Below are positions 30,008 through 40,113 of a DNA stretch of 64,000 nucleotides, in pieces. The stretch's first letter is position 1; each line of letters starts with the position of its first letter. The notes under the pieces were generated by a model. It was not told where the DNA came from and did no database searches. It saw only the letters and a program-made list of their open reading frames with translations. Source of the DNA: Oscillospiraceae bacterium (GTDB lineage: Bacteria; Bacillota; Clostridia; Oscillospirales; Oscillospiraceae); NCBI GenBank assembly GCA_017479425.1, contig JAFVCD010000036.1, positions 12,130-76,129 on the forward strand, given 5' to 3'. The translations under genes were made by a program, and so were the position numbers.

Positions 30008-30418
30008 TCAATTAAAGTAAAAAAGTGCAAGAAAAACGAGTGAAACGCCGAAAAACACCGCCCCGACGATGAGGATAAAGCCGTAACCCTTAATACCGCC
30101 GCGCTCGGCGCGGGCGCGGACGTAGTCGCCGTAGCTCTCGTCGCGCTTGCCGGAGTGCGGCAGAAACATACGCACAACGTAGCGAAAAGCGTAGCTGATT
30201 CCGTTGAAAACGCCGAAATTCGACACCCAGACAAGTGCGCCGGCGCTCAGCATCAGCACTCCCGGCACGAAAAATGCGTCGGATAGCACTCTCCACCGCT
30301 CGGTGGCGCTCATTTCGGCTGTTATCGGCGTTCTTACAAGCATCATAACGACGCCCGCGGCGGCAAACGCCACCGCGAGAGCGTATTTTATGAGTTTTGC
30401 GCGTTTTTCCGGTCTCAC
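30008..30418 (-). CDS. small membrane protein (DUF3899-like)
   Basis: 136 aa with 3 TM helices. The GTG start overlaps the upstream ATPase stop codon (GTGA). Confidence 0.55.
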   Translation of the reverse strand: MRPEKRAKLIKYALAVAFAAAGVVMMLVRTPITAEMSATERWRVLSDAFFVPGVLMLSAGALVWVSNFGVFNGISYAFRYVVRMFLPHSGKRDESYGDYVRARAERGGIKGYGFILIVGAVFFGVSLVFLALFYFN

Positions 30419-31473
30419 AGGTTAAATTCCTTCCTGTACTTTGCCTCCTCTGCATCGTTGCAGCGGACGAAGTGGCCGGGGATTATCTCGCGGAAGGTCG
30501 GCTGCTGAGCGGAGTAATCGTGCTCAGCGAGCGGATTGTAGACTATTCTCTTGCGGCTCTTTTCGTAGATCGGGTCGGGCAGCGGAATCGCGGAGAGCAG
30601 CGAGCGCGTGTACGGATGTATCGGGTGGGCGAAAAGCTCGTCGGACGATGCCATCTCGACCATTTTGCCGAAGTACATAACGCCGATGCGGTCTGAGAAG
30701 TATTTGACAACGCTGAGGTCGTGGGCGATGAAGAGAATCGTAAGCCCGAGGCGCTCTCTCAGCTCGTTCAAAAGGTTTATTACCTGCGCCTGGATCGATA
30801 CGTCGAGCGCGGAGACCGGCTCATCTGCAATGAGCAGCTCTGGGTTCATAATTACCGCGCGGGCTATGCCGATTCTCTGACGCTGACCGCCTGAGAACTC
30901 ATGAGGATAGCGCGAGGCGTGCTCGCGGACAAGTCCGACAAGCTCGAGCATCTCATAAACCTTCTCGTCGATGACCTTTTTATCCTTCTCGCCGCGGATT
31001 ATAAGACCCTCCGCGATTATCTCGCGGACTGTCATTCTCGGGTTCAGCGAGGCGATCGGATCCTGGAAGATCATCTGTATCTGTGTGACAAGATCCTTCT
31101 TCGCCGCCTTGTGGTCGCGCTTGGCGGAGGCGATCTCCACCTTCAGTTCGGCAATTCGCTTATCGGCGGAGGCCTTGTCGATCTCGCCCTTTTTGAGCTT
31201 TGCCTTAATTTCGTCGATCTCCTCATAGTAGCTCGCTGTGCCGGCGACGATGCGGACCCCGTCAAAGTAAACGCTGCCTGAGGAGGCGTTGTAGAGTCGG
31301 ATTATCGTGCGTCCGGTGGTCGTTTTGCCGCAGCCGGACTCGCCGACGAGGCCGAAAACCTCGCCCTTGTGGATCTGAAACGACACGTCGTCGACGGCCT
31401 TCAACGCGCCGGTGCCGCTTCCGAAGTACATTCCGAGGTGCTGTACGTCGAGAAGAACTTTGTTTTCGCTCAT
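30415..31473 (-). CDS. Opp/Dpp-type ABC ATP-binding protein (F-type), system 1, with a ~45-aa coiled-coil insert
   Basis: Walker A GESGCGKTT, Q-loop MIFQDP, signature FSGGQRQR, Walker B LLIADEPVSALD, oligopeptide C-terminal domain. Confidence 0.9.
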   Translation of the reverse strand: MSENKVLLDVQHLGMYFGSGTGALKAVDDVSFQIHKGEVFGLVGESGCGKTTTGRTIIRLYNASSGSVYFDGVRIVAGTASYYEEIDEIKAKLKKGEIDKASADKRIAELKVEIASAKRDHKAAKKDLVTQIQMIFQDPIASLNPRMTVREIIAEGLIIRGEKDKKVIDEKVYEMLELVGLVREHASRYPHEFSGGQRQRIGIARAVIMNPELLIADEPVSALDVSIQAQVINLLNELRERLGLTILFIAHDLSVVKYFSDRIGVMYFGKMVEMASSDELFAHPIHPYTRSLLSAIPLPDPIYEKSRKRIVYNPLAEHDYSAQQPTFREIIPGHFVRCNDAEEAKYRKEFNL

Positions 31474-33626
31474 TTCGACTCACCTCTCTTTACCTTCATT
31501 CTCTCAATTCTGTCTGAGATTATCTTCGGGCGCTCGATTTTCGGCGCGTCCGGGTGCAGAAGCCACGTCGCGGCGTAATGCGTATCCGTGACCTTGAAGA
31601 GCGGCGGCTGAGCCTCGAAATCTATCTGCATCGCGTACTTGTTGCGCGCCGCAAAGGCATCGCCCTTCGGCGGGTATATCATATTCGGCGGCGTGCCGGG
31701 TATTGACTCCAGCTTTTCCTTTGTATCGAGGTCGGGCATCGAGCTCAGAAGCGCCCAGGTATACGGATGGCGCGGATCGTAGAAAATCTCCTCTGCGGTG
31801 CCGTACTCCACGATCTTGCCCGCGTACATAACAGCGACTCTGTCCGCCATATTGGCGACAACGCCGAGGTCGTGGGTGATGAAGATAATGGAGAGGTCGC
31901 GCTCCCTCTTTAGCTTATTGATAAGCTCGAGGATCTGCGCCTGAATGGTAACGTCGAGCGCCGTTGTCGGCTCGTCGCAGATGAGGATATCCGGATTGGC
32001 GGCGAGTGCGATGGCGATTACGATTCTCTGGCGCATACCGCCGGAGAACTCGAACGGGTACTGGTTATAGCGCTTGCGCGGCTCGGCTATGCCGACCTCG
32101 TCCATAAGCTTTATCGCTCTGTCCTTTGCGATGCGCTTAGTGACCTTCGCGGCAACTCCGGTGGCGTTCTCCTTGAGGTAGTCGATGGCGGCGATGGTCT
32201 CAGCGGCGTAATTGCGGCTGTTTTTCTCGCTGAGAAGCTCGGCGTAATGCTCCGCGAGGCGGTCGATTATGCGGACGATGTTCGCCTTTACAAGCTCCAT
32301 ATCGGTGATGGACGCCTCCGCGACCTTCCAATCCGGAGTCTTGCCCTTAGCAACGATGCGGTCAAACTTGCGCTGCTGCTTATCGTGCAGGCGTATCGCC
32401 TTGGCGTTTTTGGAAATCGCGCCGAAATAGCGCTCAAGCTCGCTCTTTATGCTCGGGCCGAAGGTGTAGGAGAAGCTGTCCTTTACAAGCTTCAGGTGGT
32501 CGATGGTCGCCTCAACTGCGGCGGTCATCACCTTGTGCGCGGCATAAGCCTCCTTTTTATCGAGGCTCTCTCGCCCGAATACGCTCTTTTTCTCTCTGAG
32601 AACCGCTATCGCCCGCTCCATATTATCATAGGATATTCCGGCAGAGCGGCGAATGCCCTTCTCGGCAGAGGCGATAAACTCCTTCATGAAATTATCATCG
32701 AGATAGCGGAGAAGCTCCTCGTTCATCTCGGGAACGGGCATATCGGGCAGGCTCTTTCCGGAGAAAACGACGTAATAGCCCATGCGGAAGAAGTCGGGCG
32801 CGGGCTTTGCGGCCGCCTCGTCGAAAATCGCCTTCATCTTGTTGAGGTCAGCGATGAGACCCGCCGCGTCGCCGCCCTTGGCAACCGCAGGCGCGGCCTT
32901 TTTCGCGCTCTCTGCAAGGCTCATGAGAGAGCCGGATTTGTCGGAAGCCACGACATATTCGTGAAGCGAGGTCTTTGCGTTTGAGCAGATGGTATTTACG
33001 CGGAAGGCGATATCCTTAGCGGCGTTCTTTTCAAGCTCGAACGCGAGCTCCTCTATATCCTCGCTGCCCTCAACGGCGGCCTCCCTTGCTCGGTTGAAGT
33101 CGCCCTCAAGCTTGACGTGACGGAACTCAAAGGTGTCGAAATCCTTGCACATCTTGGAGAATTTCGCCCTTTTTGCCTCGTCGCCGAGCGCCTCGCCGGT
33201 GCGCTTATCGAGGTTTTTGAGGTAGGTATTGAAGTTTGCGCGGCTCTCCTTCTGGCGAGCCTTGCCCTTGAGTATCATCGCCTCTGTGAGCTGCTTGCCG
33301 ATCTTTACGATGGGGTTCAGCGAGCTCATCGGGTCCTGGAATATCATAGAAATTTTGTCGCCGCGGATCTTGTGGAAGTCCTCCTCGCTGATCTTGAGGA
33401 GATCCTTGCCGTCATAGATGATCTCGCCGGACTCGGTGATGGCGTTTGCCGCCTGAATGCCGAGAATTGCCTTGCTCGTTACGCTCTTGCCGGAGCCGGA
33501 CTCGCCGACGATGGCAAGAGTTTCGCCCTTTGCGAGGTCGAAGCTTATCCCTCGCACAGCCTGCACCTTACCGTTTGTGGTGCGGAAGGAAACGCGCAGA
33601 TCGCGCACTGAGAGCTTATTCTCCAT
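31470..33626 (-). CDS. Opp/Dpp-type ABC ATP-binding protein (D-type), system 1, with a ~370-aa insertion
   Basis: Walker [10 protein letters not shown]-loop MIFQDP, then about 370 aa before [19 protein letters not shown] and ITHD. 718 aa, against about 330 aa for a canonical protein. Confidence 0.9.
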   Translation of the reverse strand: MENKLSVRDLRVSFRTTNGKVQAVRGISFDLAKGETLAIVGESGSGKSVTSKAILGIQAANAITESGEIIYDGKDLLKISEEDFHKIRGDKISMIFQDPMSSLNPIVKIGKQLTEAMILKGKARQKESRANFNTYLKNLDKRTGEALGDEAKRAKFSKMCKDFDTFEFRHVKLEGDFNRAREAAVEGSEDIEELAFELEKNAAKDIAFRVNTICSNAKTSLHEYVVASDKSGSLMSLAESAKKAAPAVAKGGDAAGLIADLNKMKAIFDEAAAKPAPDFFRMGYYVVFSGKSLPDMPVPEMNEELLRYLDDNFMKEFIASAEKGIRRSAGISYDNMERAIAVLREKKSVFGRESLDKKEAYAAHKVMTAAVEATIDHLKLVKDSFSYTFGPSIKSELERYFGAISKNAKAIRLHDKQQRKFDRIVAKGKTPDWKVAEASITDMELVKANIVRIIDRLAEHYAELLSEKNSRNYAAETIAAIDYLKENATGVAAKVTKRIAKDRAIKLMDEVGIAEPRKRYNQYPFEFSGGMRQRIVIAIALAANPDILICDEPTTALDVTIQAQILELINKLKRERDLSIIFITHDLGVVANMADRVAVMYAGKIVEYGTAEEIFYDPRHPYTWALLSSMPDLDTKEKLESIPGTPPNMIYPPKGDAFAARNKYAMQIDFEAQPPLFKVTDTHYAATWLLHPDAPKIERPKIISDRIERMKVKRGESK

Positions 33627-35149
33627 CAGTCATCCTCTCCTCTCGTGGTCGGGTTAAAGGCGTCGCGCAGGCCGTTTCCGAAGAGGTTGAACGAAATAAG
33701 CAGAAGCGAAACGAACAACGACGGGAAGAATATCGCGTGCGGCGCGCTTGTCATGGCAACCTGACCCTGGCTCATCAGCGTGCCGATGCTGGTACCGGCA
33801 AAATCAGAGAGATTGATGATTCCGAGGTAGGTGAGCTGGGTTTCGGAGCTGATGACTCCGGGGATGACGAGGGCAACGCTTGTGATTATGGTGCCGATGG
33901 AGTTCGGGAAAATGTGCTTGAACATCAGCCTGCCGTCGGACGCGCCGAGGGTGCGGGCAGCGAGGATGAACTCCTGACCCTTGAAGCGGTAGAACTGCTT
34001 GCGCGTGAGCGAAGCCATGCCGATCCAGCCCGTCACGACGTAGGCAAAGAGGAATGACGGCACAACGCCCACCTTCTGAGCAAGATGGAGCTGGAAGAGC
34101 GTTGTTGCGACGACGAAGGGTATGCCGGACAGAATATCGGATATTCTCTCCATTGTCATATCTATCGCGCCGCCGTAATAGCCCTCGACCGCGCCGTAGA
34201 TCGCTCCGAGGAAAAGGTTTATCGCAGAAACGCAGATTGCGAAGACGATTGAGAATCTCGCGCCGACGCCGATCGCCATAAACAGATCCTGACCCATGGA
34301 GTTTGTGCCCATGAGGTACATCGGCTCGTGGCCGTAGAGATACTGATAATAGTTATAGTAGCATACGCGGCACTGAACTGCACCGCTCTTTGCGGTTGAA
34401 TAGACGTAGCTTCCGTCGTCGCCGGGGATTCTCAGGGAGTGATACTCCGCGCCTGTATTCTGAGTCTTGGTGGAGTAGACGGGAACGAGGTTGCCGTCCT
34501 TATCGGGCTGAGCCGCGCCGGAGGAATCGACCTTGTACCAGATATTCGGATGGTCGGTTATGCCGTGGATATCCGCAGGGTCGACGTAGGGATAGATAAC
34601 CTGGATCCCGGTCTCGTCCTGCCACGCCTGGATGCGATCGAACTCGTCATAGCTGAGAACGAGGTATATAACGCCCTTTTCGTAGTACTGGTTAGTCTCG
34701 ATGGTATAGGTGTATTCCTCGCGCTCCTTGCCTCGGTACACAACCGTTGTGGAGGTCGTCTCGAGGATATTGATCAGAGGATCCATACCGGTCTCCTCGG
34801 CGATACCGCGCCAATAGAGCATACTCTTCTCATTCTGGCTCGGGCGGGTTGTCGCGCCGTCGAAGATGCCGAGCTTCATATCGGCTATCTGGCGCACGAA
34901 GGGCGCGTAGGACTGATAGAATTTATCCTTCTGGTTTATCGTATAGGGCGAGATTATCGGGCTGACGATCGCAAAAACGAGCAGAAATGCGATAATGATC
35001 GCCGCTACGACTGAGGATTTATTTTTGCGGAAACGCAGAAATGCGTCCGCGAGGTAGCTGCGGGACTTAGTTTCGAGCTTTGTATCGTGAAGGCTGGCGT
35101 CCATCTGAGTAAAGGTGAACTTTTCAGCCGGAATGTGCTCATATTCCAT
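33626..35149 (-). CDS. Opp/Dpp-type ABC permease (C-type), system 1, with a large extracytoplasmic loop
   Basis: BPD_transp_1 core (EAA-like ARTLGASDGRLMFKHIFPN). About 200 extra residues between TM1 and TM2. Confidence 0.88.
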   Translation of the reverse strand: MEYEHIPAEKFTFTQMDASLHDTKLETKSRSYLADAFLRFRKNKSSVVAAIIIAFLLVFAIVSPIISPYTINQKDKFYQSYAPFVRQIADMKLGIFDGATTRPSQNEKSMLYWRGIAEETGMDPLINILETTSTTVVYRGKEREEYTYTIETNQYYEKGVIYLVLSYDEFDRIQAWQDETGIQVIYPYVDPADIHGITDHPNIWYKVDSSGAAQPDKDGNLVPVYSTKTQNTGAEYHSLRIPGDDGSYVYSTAKSGAVQCRVCYYNYYQYLYGHEPMYLMGTNSMGQDLFMAIGVGARFSIVFAICVSAINLFLGAIYGAVEGYYGGAIDMTMERISDILSGIPFVVATTLFQLHLAQKVGVVPSFLFAYVVTGWIGMASLTRKQFYRFKGQEFILAARTLGASDGRLMFKHIFPNSIGTIITSVALVIPGVISSETQLTYLGIINLSDFAGTSIGTLMSQGQVAMTSAPHAIFFPSLFVSLLLISFNLFGNGLRDAFNPTTRGEDD

Positions 35150-35168
35150 TAAAAAATTCTCCTTTCTC

Positions 35169-36122
35169 TTACTTTTTACTGCCCATTCTGATTCTCGGGT
35201 CGATGAAGCCGTAGCTTATATCGACAACTATTCCGGCGGCGAGACCGACGGCTGTGTAGAAGCAGGAGTCGAGCATGAAGATGTTATAGTCGCGCGCGTT
35301 GATGGCGTTGAGGTAGAGATTGCCGACGCCGGGTATAGCAAATATCTTCTCGATTACGAGCGAGCCGGACATTATGCCGATGAACTCGCCGAAGATCGCG
35401 GGAACGATGACGACGGCGCAGTTTTTAAGCGCGTGGCGGATGGTCGCCTGAGCCTTCGTGAGGCCCTTGGTGCGGGCAAGCAGCATAAACTCGCTCGTCA
35501 GAACCTCGGTGAGCTCCGCGCGGGTAGTTCTCGTAAAGCCTGCGATAACACCGAACGAAAGGCTCATGACCGCTGGCAGCATAGAAACGAACATATCCCA
35601 GCTCAGCCAGTCAGTGCCCGCCTTCATAAGGAACGGAAACCAGCCGAGCTTATAGCTCAGAACGTACTGAATTATAAACGCAAAGACGAAGCTTGGCACC
35701 GAGATTACGACCATCGTGACTGTGGAGATAAAGTAGTCGACCCAGGTGTTCTTCTTAAGCGCCGCCCAGATACCGAGGCCTATGCCGATGGGTATGCTGA
35801 GGATTATGGAGTAGAGGTTTGTAAAAACCGTGGCGGGCAGCTTCTGAAGGAAGATATCCGCAACATTCTGACCGAAGTACAGCTTATCGCTGAGACCCCA
35901 GTCGAATTTTGTGAAGATATTGCGAAGGAAAATGCCAAACTGCACGAGATACGGCTTATTGTAGCCCTGCGCCTCGCGCCTTGCCTCGATGACTGCGGTA
36001 TGCGGATCGTTGAGCGGCAGCTCAGCGGGCGGCAGCATACGCACAAGAACGAAGCAGATAAGGGTGATTATCAGCAGAGTAAACAGCATCAGCGCTATTC
36101 TCTGCGCAACGTATTTGCCCAT
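35169..36122 (-). CDS. Opp/Dpp-type ABC permease (B-type), system 1
   Basis: MGKYVAQRI... N-terminus and ARTKGLTKAQATIRHALKN EAA motif. 317 aa. Confidence 0.9.
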   Translation of the reverse strand: MGKYVAQRIALMLFTLLIITLICFVLVRMLPPAELPLNDPHTAVIEARREAQGYNKPYLVQFGIFLRNIFTKFDWGLSDKLYFGQNVADIFLQKLPATVFTNLYSIILSIPIGIGLGIWAALKKNTWVDYFISTVTMVVISVPSFVFAFIIQYVLSYKLGWFPFLMKAGTDWLSWDMFVSMLPAVMSLSFGVIAGFTRTTRAELTEVLTSEFMLLARTKGLTKAQATIRHALKNCAVVIVPAIFGEFIGIMSGSLVIEKIFAIPGVGNLYLNAINARDYNIFMLDSCFYTAVGLAAGIVVDISYGFIDPRIRMGSKK

Positions 36123-36202
36123 AATTTACCTCCGGTGGAGCATTCTGACTGATTTTTGCGAAAAGTCGGAGCTTCCGGCTCTTTCGCAAAAACCGGTCGC
36201 TG

Positions 36203-36245
36203 AAAACGGGAATAGTTGCAGGGGTTTTTATGCCCCTGCAACTAC
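36203..36245 (-). terminator. intra-operon hairpin (attenuator/terminator) after the SBP gene of system 1
   Basis: On the minus strand: agttgcagggg-cataaaaa-cccctgcaact followed by attcccgtttt. Confidence 0.5.
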
Positions 36246-36286
36246 ATAATTGCTGTAATTTTTAAGGAACCTCTGATTAAATCAGA

Positions 36287-38827
36287 TTAATAGGTGAGCG
36301 TACCGCCCTGGGAAGCAACATACTCAGCCCATGCGGCGTCGTCGTAGTTATATTTCATATAGGTGATGCCGCCGCGTCCCATGATCGGGTTCCAATCCTC
36401 GACAACGTAGAATACCTGCTTGGAGAGAAGCGCAGCGGAGGCATTCTGGAGCATCGGGATGTAGTCGTAGGTGCCGAGAACCTTACCCTCGAGAGCGGCG
36501 AGGATGGTAAGACGGGTCTCAACGTCTGCAATACCGTCTCCGAAGCAGTAATCCTTGCCGTTCGGAGCGGTTACGGTAGCGCCGTTAAGAGCGTCAGACC
36601 ACTGGCGGAGGTTCATAGTGACCTCCTCGCCCTCAACGCTGAGAGTGAGGTCGACCTTGGTGGCGTCAAACCAGCCGGCATCGTACTGATAGCTCGGGTT
36701 GACATAGAGGTCGGTAAGGCTGAACGGATCCATTCTGGAGCCGGACCAGCCCGCAAGAGCGGTATCAGCAAGACCGGCCTTGAGCTTGTTGGACCAGTCG
36801 TTTCCGTAAGGAGCGGACTTGGCGAAGCTGACCTTGCCCTCAAACGGAGTGCCGGCAGTGACCTCGTTCATCTTCTCGTTGAGGTAGTCGATGGTCTTGG
36901 TCATGAAGTCGGAATCAGCAGAGAGGGAGTATTCGATGACGATGGACTGATCGCACTTGCCGTCAGCATCTGCGTCGGTGATGTAGCCGGCCTCAAGTCC
37001 CTCGGTGAACGCCTCGCCGAAGAGGGTCTTTGCAGTCTCGGGATCGTAACCGGTGATGGACGCAACAGCGGCGTCGAGGTCGCCGTTGAAGGCGGCGAGG
37101 TCAACGGAGTAGAAATCGCAGAGCGCCTGCTTCGCCTGATCGGTATCGCGGTACATAGCGCCGGTCTCGGGATCATAGACGTAAGCGTTGCCGATGATCG
37201 CGTAGCCGCCGGAACGCGCCGGGGAAACGGTGGAGGCAAAGAGCTCCTTATCATAGGTAACGGCAATAGCCTTGCGGAAGTTGAGGTTCAGGAGCATCTG
37301 GAGATCGCGGGTGGCGGTGTCGAAATCGTCCGCCTTCTCGCGGCCCTCGATAGCATCCTTGTAGCCGTTGAGGATGAGGAAGAAGATAGTCTCATCCGGG
37401 GTGAAGTAAACGTAATCGGAATTGCGGTAGGTGGCGAAGTCCTCAGCCTGGAGACCGTAGCCCATAAGCTCGCCCTTGAGGAACATGAGCTTGTTGGTCT
37501 CAGCCTCGGGTACGACCTCGCACTCGATGATGTCGGTCTGATACATCTGATAGGTCTCGCCGTCCTCGGGATCGACGTAGACGTGCTTGCCGTCAGTCCA
37601 GCCGTACCAGTTCTCGTTCTTCTCGAACTTCATGAACTTGTCGGCCTGATAAACGGTCATCTTGTAGGGACCGTAGGAAGAGGTGGTCTCTACGCTGGTG
37701 TTGTAGGTGGAGCTCCATACTCCCTCGGACTCGGAGAGGTTAGCCTCATAGAGGTCTTCCTTGACGATCCAGTTGGAGCCGAGGTTGTAGAGAAGGTTGA
37801 AGCCTGCAAGGCTCTTTGCGAATACGATGGTGATCTGATATTCGCCGGACTTGTAGAGACCGACAGTGCTGTCATAGTCAAGGCCGGTGGCGTACTGGCC
37901 GGTGACTGTGTAGAGCTCATCGGAAGAGTATGCCTCGTAGGGGGCGCCTGCGCCGAGATACTCGTCATAGAGCTGCTTGCCGCTGAAGGCGTCGTCAACG
38001 TTCGCGCCGTACACGGTCTCGTCAAGGACGGAAACGTACTGCGGAAGGGCGTTGCCTGCCTCGTCAAGATAGGAGGCGTCTGCATTCCAGAAATCGTAAG
38101 CGTCTACATAGAGATCCTCAACGGCTCCGCCGTTTGCAAGGTACTCAGTGGTGGTTACGCCGATCGCGCCGTACTCGAGCTTGCCCTGATTGGCATAGTT
38201 CTCAGCGCCCGCGATGGAAAGACCCTGTGCATAGTAGTCAGCAGCGCGGTAGTTGAGAAGTGCCGGATCGAGGAGCTTCTTCATGGAGTAGACATAGGTA
38301 TCGGCGTTGATGGGGGTACCGTCCTCCCATGTAGCAAGCGGGTTGAGGTCGATGGTGTAGGCATAGCCGGCGGTAGCGGACTCGGGGATTCCGAATTCGG
38401 GGTGCTCAGCCTTAACCTGCTCGGTGACGTCAACGGGCATATCAGCCGCCATCTCCGGAACGATAACGTAACCGGTGTAGGGATCCTTGCCCTCAAGGGG
38501 GTGAAGCTCATCGTTGTAGATGAAGCTGTAAAGGCCCACGCGAAGGAAGTCGGCAGGATAGCTGTCGTCAGCGGTCTGATAGGTGTGGGGGTTCCAGTTG
38601 GTCGCCATTGTGCTTACGGAGTCCTGATAGGTGTAAGTAACAGGGGCAGCCGGGGTTTCGCTCTCTGCGGTGGTGTCGGTTTTCGGGGTATCACTGTTTG
38701 CGGGAGCATCTGTTTTCGGTGTTTCGGTCTGCGTCGGGGTGGTGGTGTTTCCACCGCAGGCGGCAAGAGCGAATACCATTACGAGCGCCAGCGCGAGAGC
38801 GATGACCTTGGTGAGTTTTTTGCTCAT
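36287..38827 (-). CDS. family-5 (Opp/Dpp-type) extracellular solute-binding lipoprotein, system 1 (846 aa)
   Basis: Lipobox LAACGG after MSKKLTKVIALALALVMVF, then a Thr/Pro-rich linker and an SBP_bac_5-like body. GGAGGA lies 9 nt upstream of ATG 38827. Confidence 0.85.
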   Translation of the reverse strand: MSKKLTKVIALALALVMVFALAACGGNTTTPTQTETPKTDAPANSDTPKTDTTAESETPAAPVTYTYQDSVSTMATNWNPHTYQTADDSYPADFLRVGLYSFIYNDELHPLEGKDPYTGYVIVPEMAADMPVDVTEQVKAEHPEFGIPESATAGYAYTIDLNPLATWEDGTPINADTYVYSMKKLLDPALLNYRAADYYAQGLSIAGAENYANQGKLEYGAIGVTTTEYLANGGAVEDLYVDAYDFWNADASYLDEAGNALPQYVSVLDETVYGANVDDAFSGKQLYDEYLGAGAPYEAYSSDELYTVTGQYATGLDYDSTVGLYKSGEYQITIVFAKSLAGFNLLYNLGSNWIVKEDLYEANLSESEGVWSSTYNTSVETTSSYGPYKMTVYQADKFMKFEKNENWYGWTDGKHVYVDPEDGETYQMYQTDIIECEVVPEAETNKLMFLKGELMGYGLQAEDFATYRNSDYVYFTPDETIFFLILNGYKDAIEGREKADDFDTATRDLQMLLNLNFRKAIAVTYDKELFASTVSPARSGGYAIIGNAYVYDPETGAMYRDTDQAKQALCDFYSVDLAAFNGDLDAAVASITGYDPETAKTLFGEAFTEGLEAGYITDADADGKCDQSIVIEYSLSADSDFMTKTIDYLNEKMNEVTAGTPFEGKVSFAKSAPYGNDWSNKLKAGLADTALAGWSGSRMDPFSLTDLYVNPSYQYDAGWFDATKVDLTLSVEGEEVTMNLRQWSDALNGATVTAPNGKDYCFGDGIADVETRLTILAALEGKVLGTYDYIPMLQNASAALLSKQVFYVVEDWNPIMGRGGITYMKYNYDDAAWAEYVASQGGTLTY

Positions 38828-38905
38828 GTTTCCATTTCCTCCAAAATTTTTTAAACGCACTCGGCGTTTTTTAACTTTTTCCCCGCCATTTTGCGGGTGA
38901 AGTTT

Positions 38906-38934
38906 ATTTTATCACAATCTCCGCGCTTATGCAA
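38906..38934 (-). promoter_or_regulatory. sigma-70-type promoter of Opp-like system 1
   Basis: On the minus strand: TTGCAT, 17-nt spacer, TAAAAT, about 80 nt upstream of the SBP start. Confidence 0.5.
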
Positions 38935-38991
38935 GGAAAAAATCCCGCATATATGCAAAACTCCCCCGCTTTTATGCGGAGGAGTGAATAT

Positions 38992-40113
38992 TTATTCAGC
39001 TGCATTTAGTGCTTCCTCGCCCTTAAGAGTATAGAGAACGGTATAGCTTCCCTTCTCCGGAGCGCAAGAGTCGAGCATTTTTATATTATGATAAGCGCAA
39101 GCGACCGGGTCGCCGCCCTCGTCGAGCGTAATTACCATAGTAAGCGGCGATCCGAACGAGCCTGTTGCGGTGAAGTACGGGCTTCTCAGTTCACCATCCG
39201 CCTCGTAATATCCGAAGCCGCGGAACATCGAAAGGCTGTCGCCGGCGGCGATGCTGATTGCGCCGATGGCTTCCTCACCCTCGCCGAAAACCTCGATCGT
39301 ACCGCCGTCGCACTCGCTCATATATACACCGAGCCCGCTCTCAGTGGCAAAGTAGCCGCGGTGCCAGTCCTCAGTTTCAAGCTCTTCTCTGACTGCTCCG
39401 AGCATATATGCGTCGCGCAGTAGATTCAGGTCAAGCGCGCCGGAGTCTATCTCAAGCTCGCTCACGAGCGCTTTATATGAGTCGGAAACAGTGAGCGCGG
39501 CGGTCAAGGTCGCCTCGTCGAGGGTGAGAGCGAAGTTCGATAAATCGTTCACAGCGCTCCGGATGGCGTCAAGGCGCGCCCGCTCGTCCTCATCGTTCGC
39601 GGGGTCATATGAGGTGGGGTCATTTGAGTAGATAATGCTGTTCCATTCGGCGTAGTAGGCGCCGGCGAACATATTGTAGCCGCGCCCTTCAAGCGTTTTC
39701 GCGTAGGCGTCCTTAAGAATGGCGAACAGCTCCGGCGAGCACTTCACGCTCTCCCCCGCGTTCAGCGCGGCGAGATTGCCGATTCCGGGATAGCTTTTAA
39801 CCGGGTCAGTTTCCTTGTACGCCTTTGCGAGCGCGGAAGAATACTGCTCCTCGATAAGGCGCAGAGCCGCCTTTATCACATCGGACGAGCCTTCCATATA
39901 GTATTCAAATCTAATGCCGTTCGCGTACATGAGCGCGTCCTCGTCAGCGGCGGCGTTTATCGTGTACCAGCCCGGGTCTTTCCTTCCGAGCTGACTTACG
40001 CCGTAGCCGATGGAGCCGGCGGCGATTACGATTGCGAGCGCAAAGAGCGCGATTCGCAGCGGCAGGTGCTTTGAGGAGACGGTTATCTCCTCGTATGGCT
40101 TTTTAGCTTTCAT
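38992..40113 (-). CDS. membrane-anchored extracytoplasmic protein of unknown function (possible degenerate ApbE-like fold)
   Basis: N-terminal TM anchor. Weak colinearity with ApbE blocks (…LAALNAGESVKCSPELFAILKDA…, …LDLNLLRDAY…), but the canonical ApbE motifs are not preserved. Confidence 0.45.
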   Translation of the reverse strand: MKAKKPYEEITVSSKHLPLRIALFALAIVIAAGSIGYGVSQLGRKDPGWYTINAAADEDALMYANGIRFEYYMEGSSDVIKAALRLIEEQYSSALAKAYKETDPVKSYPGIGNLAALNAGESVKCSPELFAILKDAYAKTLEGRGYNMFAGAYYAEWNSIIYSNDPTSYDPANDEDERARLDAIRSAVNDLSNFALTLDEATLTAALTVSDSYKALVSELEIDSGALDLNLLRDAYMLGAVREELETEDWHRGYFATESGLGVYMSECDGGTIEVFGEGEEAIGAISIAAGDSLSMFRGFGYYEADGELRSPYFTATGSFGSPLTMVITLDEGGDPVACAYHNIKMLDSCAPEKGSYTVLYTLKGEEALNAAE

